A DNA stretch of 64,000 bases, taken from positions 81,007 to 145,006 of the forward strand of contig CAVQHC010000015.1 in NCBI GenBank assembly GCA_963712235.1, in the 5' to 3' direction. Source of the DNA: an uncultured delta proteobacterium. GTDB taxonomy: Bacteria > Myxococcota_A > Polyangia > Polyangiales > Houyiibacteriaceae. Of this stretch, positions 58,841-64,000 are shown piece after piece. The notes beneath the pieces are model-generated. The model was given only the letters and a program-made list of their open reading frames with translations, made no database searches and was not told where the DNA came from. The first letter of the stretch is position 1; each line of letters opens with the position of its first letter. The position numbers and the translations under genes were made by a program.

Positions 58841-59986
58841 TTAGGCGTGGGCGAGTGTGGTGGAGGTTTCTTTGAGCATCGCTAGGCGGTAGGCGATGTC
58901 GCCGCTGATCTGGCCTGGGGCGCTCGCGATCGAGTTGACTCGTTCGAGCACGCGGCCGAGGCGGCGTTCGAGATCTTCACGTGTGAGCTCCAGCTTGGTT
59001 CGCATCGGAGCGAGCTTCTTGCGGCGGGGGTCGAGGTAGCTACGCTCTCCTGCGTCGCGTTGCTCACGCTCGTGCCTGGTAAGCACCGTCGCGGAGTGAA
59101 CCTCCAAAAGAGGAGAGTCGCTCGAGACGATCGCGGGGAATGGCGTCGGGCTGTTGATGTCGACCACGCGGGTGAAATGCTCGGCCCAGCAGTGGTCTTC
59201 GCCGCGGCTGGTGTCGCTGATGCCTACGATTTCGACCGAGGGATCGCCCAGGGAGCCGCAGAGCTCGCGAAGGCGTTCGATTTTCGCTTCGCCGCTGTTG
59301 ATTCGATCGAGGGTCGAGTAGTGAACGTGGTCGACCCCGAGCGCTTCGCCTGCGACTTCGACGGTTGGCTTCGGGGACGCGCTGCTCAGAACGACTTCGA
59401 TTTGGGGCCACTGGGCGCGAACCCAGGCGAGGTCCGTGCGGTCGATGACCTGGTCGGGCTCATGCCGGCGCCAGATGCGCTGGGCGAGCTCTCGCAGCAC
59501 ATCGTCGGGCGCCGTTTGAAGATGTCGAAGAAGGGTGAGCTGAGGCACGCGCTGGGCTGCGCGAATCGGGTCCGCTACGAAATGCTGGAAGCCACGCCTC
59601 CGAAGCCAGTCGAGCCGCGAGGCGGCCTTCCCCCACAAGCCGTAGTACATGCCTGGATAGGCCCAGATCTTGAGGCTTCTGGCGAGATAGCGAGCGGTGC
59701 TTTGCGGATGATCCCAGTCGAAGAGGAACTTGCCGCTCTCGAGCCGCGCTCCCATCCGCTCGAAATGCTCCCGCCCGTAGCCCTGGTAGGCGCAGAGCTC
59801 CCAGCCCAAGGCCTGACCCAGGTCGCGTCCGAGATGGATCGTTCGATCGAGGTCGAGAACGAGGTAGCGCGTGTTCTCGGTCAGGACCTGCGCGCAGAGC
59901 TCTCGCAACGTCGCCACCTCGCCATGACGAACCAGCCGGTTCACCAATCGGTTGGGAGACTTCGTCGCTGCGGGGCTTGGTTCCAC
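58841..59986 (-). CDS. HAD-superfamily hydrolase-like protein
   Basis: Motif I VLDLDRT, motif II LSSAS, motif III K (GEAK), motif IV ISDTSRGED; large inserted cap. Confidence 0.65.
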   Translation of the reverse strand: MEPSPAATKSPNRLVNRLVRHGEVATLRELCAQVLTENTRYLVLDLDRTIHLGRDLGQALGWELCAYQGYGREHFERMGARLESGKFLFDWDHPQSTARYLARSLKIWAYPGMYYGLWGKAASRLDWLRRRGFQHFVADPIRAAQRVPQLTLLRHLQTAPDDVLRELAQRIWRRHEPDQVIDRTDLAWVRAQWPQIEVVLSSASPKPTVEVAGEALGVDHVHYSTLDRINSGEAKIERLRELCGSLGDPSVEIVGISDTSRGEDHCWAEHFTRVVDINSPTPFPAIVSSDSPLLEVHSATVLTRHEREQRDAGERSYLDPRRKKLAPMRTKLELTREDLERRLGRVLERVNSIASAPGQISGDIAYRLAMLKETSTTLAHA

Positions 59987-60126
59987 GTCTATAATCTAAG
60001 CCTTCGTTCGCCATCTGTTTGTAAAACTTAGGTCACATCGGCTAGATCTGTTCCAGGCCTCAGACGTCTATTCATGTGTGACCTTCCGAACCACAAGCTG
60101 TTGCGCACCGACGAGGAAGGCTCCGC

Positions 60127-60729
60127 GTGAGCAATGTGTCGGACGAGGAGCTTCTGCGCGCCTACCGGGATGGCGATTCGGAAGCGTTCAAACTGCTTTT
60201 TCATCGTTACCGGCGGCCGCTCTTCAACTTCCTTTTGCGTCGAGTCGGCGATCGGGGGCGAGCCGAAGAGCTTTACCAGGACAGCTGGACCAAGGTCATC
60301 GAACGCTGCGGGGCGTTCCGCGGCGACTCGAAATTCTCGACCTGGCTCTACACGATCGCCCGGAACGCCTGCATCGACCATCAGCGAAAGATGAAGTTCC
60401 GAGGGCACGCCTCGCTCGACGAAACCCAGCGGGGCGCCGATCAACCGAGGGTCGAGCGGGTCGCCAACCCTGGGCTGGCGCCGGACCAGCTTGCCTCGGG
60501 GCAAGCGCTGAGGGAACGGATTCGGATCGCGGTCGAGGCGCTGCCGGAGGAGCAGCGGGAGGTGTTTTTGTTGCGCCAGCTGCAGGGGCTGGGCTTCAGG
60601 GAGGTCGCCGAGGTCGTTGGAGTGCCCGTGAACACGGTCAAGAGCCGAATGCGCTACGCGCTCGAACGGCTTCAGCTGGGGCTGGATGATCTGCGCGAGC
60701 AGGCGGGCAAGGGAGCCGAAAAGGCATGA
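60127..60729 (+). CDS. ECF sigma-70 factor
   Basis: DEELL......GD..AF..L..RY, AEEL.Q, F.TWLY.IARN...D, LP..QR.VF.L....GL...E.A......TVKSR. Confidence 0.93.
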   Translation: MSNVSDEELLRAYRDGDSEAFKLLFHRYRRPLFNFLLRRVGDRGRAEELYQDSWTKVIERCGAFRGDSKFSTWLYTIARNACIDHQRKMKFRGHASLDETQRGADQPRVERVANPGLAPDQLASGQALRERIRIAVEALPEEQREVFLLRQLQGLGFREVAEVVGVPVNTVKSRMRYALERLQLGLDDLREQAGKGAEKA

Positions 60730-61724
60730 GCTGCGAGGAGTGCAAAAGCCAGGTTTTCGAGCTGATCGAGCGCGAGGCGGTCGACCCCGAAGGCGTGCGC
60801 GCCATCCTCGCCGATTGCCCGGACTGTCGCGCCGAGTTCGAGGCGATCAAGGCCGCGCTCGCGCTCGCCGGGGAGCTGCCGATCGAGGAGCCGCCTGCGG
60901 ACATCGACGCGGCGATCCTCGGCCTGGCCGATCGGCGCATTCCCTCGGCCGGGGCGGGGTCCGCGACCGTGGCGGCGCAAGCGGAAGGGCCGGTCCCCTT
61001 CTACGCTAAGATGACGCAGGTTCCGCCTTGGGCCATGGCCGCCGTTGCCTTGCTGGCGGTTGGCGTTGGCGTTTGGTCGATCCCCCGAACCGTGCAGTTC
61101 GAATCGGATGCGAATCAGACGGTGCTCGAGACCAAGGAAACCGTATCCATGGCGGAGGCCCCACGCGAGGAGCGTTTGGGTGGGGCGCTCCCCTTGGAGG
61201 AGTCCGCGGTGGCGGCCATGGATGACGTCGCCGATGCTGCACCGGTTGGGGTCAGGGACTCGGCAAAGAGCGCTGGTCGGCCTGCGCGTTCTCAAGCACC
61301 GCGAGCGAAGAAACGGCGGGATGCGATGGCGAGGCAGTCGGCGCCCGAGGAGGAAGCAGCGCAGAATCGAGCGCTGGCGCCGGCAGCGGCGCCGGCGGTG
61401 GCCAAAGGGGAGGGCGTTGCCCAGCGCGCGGCTGCGGGCGGGGCGGTGGCCGAGGATGCAGCGCAGGCTTCCGCCGAGCTCGATGAGATGGATGCGGAGC
61501 GCGATGAGACGGCCGAGTGCAGGTACGAGGTCAGGGCATTCGAGCGGCGGCTCCGTGATGACGAAGGCTACGCGCCTACGCCAGAGGAACAGCTCGCGAT
61601 TGGCCGCTGCTATCAGCGGCTAGGGGATACCGCCAATGCCCGTACGTGGTTGAAGCGCGCGGCCGCTGCGCCGGCGACAAAACGCCGAGCTCGAAAGGCG
61701 CTCCAGGCGCTTCCCAGCGAATAG
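60726..61724 (+). CDS. Anti-sigma factor (zinc-finger-like N-terminus, TM, C-terminal TPR)
   Basis: ATGA overlap with the sigma gene; C..C...ILADCPDC; TM WAMAAVALLAVGVGVW; C-terminal TPR-like helix. Confidence 0.8.
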   Translation: MSCEECKSQVFELIEREAVDPEGVRAILADCPDCRAEFEAIKAALALAGELPIEEPPADIDAAILGLADRRIPSAGAGSATVAAQAEGPVPFYAKMTQVPPWAMAAVALLAVGVGVWSIPRTVQFESDANQTVLETKETVSMAEAPREERLGGALPLEESAVAAMDDVADAAPVGVRDSAKSAGRPARSQAPRAKKRRDAMARQSAPEEEAAQNRALAPAAAPAVAKGEGVAQRAAAGGAVAEDAAQASAELDEMDAERDETAECRYEVRAFERRLRDDEGYAPTPEEQLAIGRCYQRLGDTANARTWLKRAAAAPATKRRARKALQALPSE

Positions 61725-61768
61725 AAGCGTCGAGGCGGCCGTACTCCGCCGGGGCACAGTATGGGCGC

Positions 61769-62662
61769 CTAAGGCCGAAGGGCGTGCGGCTCATGAAGAT
61801 ACCAGGCCGCGGCCATGACGAGGGCGCCGATGACCGACCATGCGATGGTGCTCCGGACCCCCGGGGCCAGGCGTTGCAGCGGCCAGATCTCTTGGCTGAA
61901 AAAGTTGTCGGGATAGGCCTCGACCCCCTTGAACCCCAAATGCGCAGGGGGGTCCGGCGGCATCTTTGCCGTGCCGAAGATCCAGTCCCAGCAGCTGAAG
62001 ATGATGCCAAAGTTCACCGTGGTCTTGGCGGTGCCTTCGTAGTCATGATGCCAGATGTGCATCCGTGGGCTGTTCAGAACGTAGCGCCAAGGGCCGTGGC
62101 CGAGATCCAAGTTGGCGTGGTTGAGATGGCCGATCAGCGTGCCGAAGATCGCATGGAACATCAGCGCCTCCCAGCGGAAGCCCAAGAAGACGAGCGGTAG
62201 GTACAGCACCGACTTGTAGACGATCACCTCGAGCCAAGAAAAACGGAAGGAGACGATCCAGTCCATCTCGCCGTCTTTCACGCTGTGGTGGGCCTTGTGC
62301 AGCTCCCAGAGAAGCGGAACTCGGTGGAGCGCGTTGTGGACACACCATTGAAGGAAATCGATGACGAGCAGCGCGACGATGATCTGAGCCCAGAGCGGCC
62401 AGTTCGCGGCCGCGTTTCGATACACCGCGTCGCTGAGGCCCTCGGCGCTCAGCCAGCGGTCGACGTAGGGCAAGACCCAGGTGCTGGCCAAGCCCGCGAG
62501 CAAGAGCCCGAGGAAATGACCGTTGAAGACCAGGTGAATCAGGTCCGACCAGAGTTTGGGTCGAAGCTGCTTCTGCCCGGGGCGCCAGGGGAAAAAGCGC
62601 TCGAGCGTGACGAGCAGTCCAGACAGCGCGGCCAGACTAATGGGGTAGAGGTAGGCCGTCAT
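61769..62662 (-). CDS. Fatty acid hydroxylase / sterol desaturase family protein
   Basis: His boxes HNALH, HKAHH, HLNHAN, HIWHH; NFG...WDWIFGT. Confidence 0.9.
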   Translation of the reverse strand: MTAYLYPISLAALSGLLVTLERFFPWRPGQKQLRPKLWSDLIHLVFNGHFLGLLLAGLASTWVLPYVDRWLSAEGLSDAVYRNAAANWPLWAQIIVALLVIDFLQWCVHNALHRVPLLWELHKAHHSVKDGEMDWIVSFRFSWLEVIVYKSVLYLPLVFLGFRWEALMFHAIFGTLIGHLNHANLDLGHGPWRYVLNSPRMHIWHHDYEGTAKTTVNFGIIFSCWDWIFGTAKMPPDPPAHLGFKGVEAYPDNFFSQEIWPLQRLAPGVRSTIAWSVIGALVMAAAWYLHEPHALRP

Positions 62663-62718
62663 TTCAGCGAGGGATAGCACGTCTTTTGCAACCGATCGCG
62701 CCGTGGTATCACCTCGGA

Positions 62719-64000
62719 ATGACAGTCCTCCTCAACCCCAAGAAACACCGCCGCCCCTACCCGGACGAGCGATCCCGCGAGGTGATGCTCAAGACGATCG
62801 AGTTCTTCGAGCGCAAAGGCAAAGCGCGCATCAAAGAGGACTATCACGCGCGGGTTTGGTACGCGGACTTCCTCGATTTCGTCAAGGAAGAGAAAATCTT
62901 TGCAACCATGTGCACGCCTGCGGGGCAAGGCGCTCCGGACTCGCGATGGGACACCTGGCGGATTTGCGAGTTCGCGGAAATCCTCGGCTTCTATGGCTTG
63001 CAGTACTGGTACACCTACCAGGTCACCGTGCTGGGTCTCGGGCCGATCTGGATGAGCGACAACGAGGCAATCAAAGCTCGGGCTGCGCGCGCCTTGGAGC
63101 AGGGCGGGATCTTCGCGTTTGGTTTGTCCGAAAAAGAGCACGGCGCCGATGTGTACTCGACCGACATGATCCTGAGCCCGCAGAGGGACGGACGGTACAG
63201 CGCGAACGGAAGCAAGTACTACATCGGCAACGGCAACAAGGCCGCCATCGTATCGACCTTTGGGAAGCTCGCAGATTCGGGGGACTACGTATTTTTCGGT
63301 GCGGATTCCCAGCACGAAAACTACCACCTGATCAAGAACGTCGTCGCGAGCCAGAACTACGTGTCGGAGTTCGCGCTCGAGGACTACCCAATCGAGGAAA
63401 GCGACATCATTGCGCGGGGGGAGCACGCTTGGAACAGCGCGCTAAATACCGTCAACATCGGGAAGTACAACCTCGGCTGGGCCTCGATCGGCATGTCGAC
63501 GCATGCGCTGTACGAGGCGATTCATCACGCGTCGAATCGACGCCTCTACAACATGTACGTGACCGATTTTCCTCACGTGAGGCAGTTGTTCACCGACGCC
63601 TACGCGCGTCTGACGGCCATGAAGCTCTTCGCGCTTCGAGCCGCGGACTACATGCGCGTCGCTTCCGCCGAGGACCGCCGCTACCTTCTCTATAACCCCA
63701 TGGTGAAGATGAAGGTGACTACCCAGGGTGAGGAAGTGATGAACCTCCTATGGGACGTCATCGCAGCAAAGGGCTTCGAGAAAGACATGTTCTTCGAGCA
63801 GGCCGCCGTCGACATTCGCGCCTTGCCGAAGCTCGAAGGCACGGTGCACGTGAATATCGCGCTCATCGTGAAGTTCATGGCGAACTACTTCTTCGCGCCC
63901 GCCGACTACACCGAAGTGCCGCAGCAGAACCAGGCCGCCAACGACGATTTCCTCTTCGACCAGGGCCCCACCAAAGGCCTCGGGAAGATTCGATTCCACG
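62719..64000 (+). CDS. Acyl-CoA dehydrogenase (runs off the right end)
   Basis: Not in the ORF track; from ATG 62719: MTVLLNPKKH...FGLSEKEHGAD...GSKYYIGNGN...TVNIGKYNLG...AKGFEKD...LPKLEGT. Confidence 0.88.
   Translation, partial: MTVLLNPKKHRRPYPDERSREVMLKTIEFFERKGKARIKEDYHARVWYADFLDFVKEEKIFATMCTPAGQGAPDSRWDTWRICEFAEILGFYGLQYWYTYQVTVLGLGPIWMSDNEAIKARAARALEQGGIFAFGLSEKEHGADVYSTDMILSPQRDGRYSANGSKYYIGNGNKAAIVSTFGKLADSGDYVFFGADSQHENYHLIKNVVASQNYVSEFALEDYPIEESDIIARGEHAWNSALNTVNIGKYNLGWASIGMSTHALYEAIHHASNRRLYNMYVTDFPHVRQLFTDAYARLTAMKLFALRAADYMRVASAEDRRYLLYNPMVKMKVTTQGEEVMNLLWDVIAAKGFEKDMFFEQAAVDIRALPKLEGTVHVNIALIVKFMANYFFAPADYTEVPQQNQAANDDFLFDQGPTKGLGKIRFH

Noticed and set aside
62703-63695. 330-aa plus-strand ORF from the track
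   Set aside because: Wrong frame; the real gene is the acyl-CoA dehydrogenase starting at 62719
1-64000. Anti-phage defence, toxin-antitoxin, retron, prophage or biosynthetic gene cluster
   Set aside because: No defence-type nuclease, reverse transcriptase, NTPase, phage structural or PKS/NRPS motifs recognised; very divergent members could be missed without HMM searches

Overview
High-GC, gene-dense chromosomal window, most consistent with a Myxococcota (Polyangia-like) bacterium. The inference rests on a MYXO-CTERM-like sorting tail, Cys/Gly-rich lipoproteins, a vWA lipoprotein, a zinc-ribbon/TPR membrane protein, a Ser/Thr kinase and a histone-H1-like protein. It holds about 57 protein genes and one tRNA-Ala(GGC); I see no CRISPR array, rRNA, integrase, transposase or prophage. 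Housekeeping genes (bamD, phoH, cysK, pyk, uvrC, zapA, cdd, PNP, rplU, rpmA, ribF, xseB) are interspersed with accessory loci. Most notable: (1) a TetR - 2x DctP/TatP - FGGY kinase - sphingosine-1-phosphate-lyase-like operon at the left edge, plus a TatT-DctQ-DctM transporter about 50 kb away that lacks its own P subunit, together suggesting a split TPAT lipid/sphingoid uptake and catabolism system; (2) a lipoprotein-PDZ protein fused to what looks like a degenerate complex-I NuoH membrane domain; (3) a cluster of Cys-rich/vWA surface lipoproteins divergent from a tiny VPEID-CTERM-like protein; (4) a roughly 207-nt highly structured intergenic element followed by a GCGAAGC cloverleaf; (5) many genes with a -10 hexamer 6-10 nt before the start codon, suggesting widespread leaderless mRNAs. 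About 10 single-base frameshifts, many in short homopolymers, probably reflect long-read assembly errors. All functional calls come from motif recognition by eye, not database searches.
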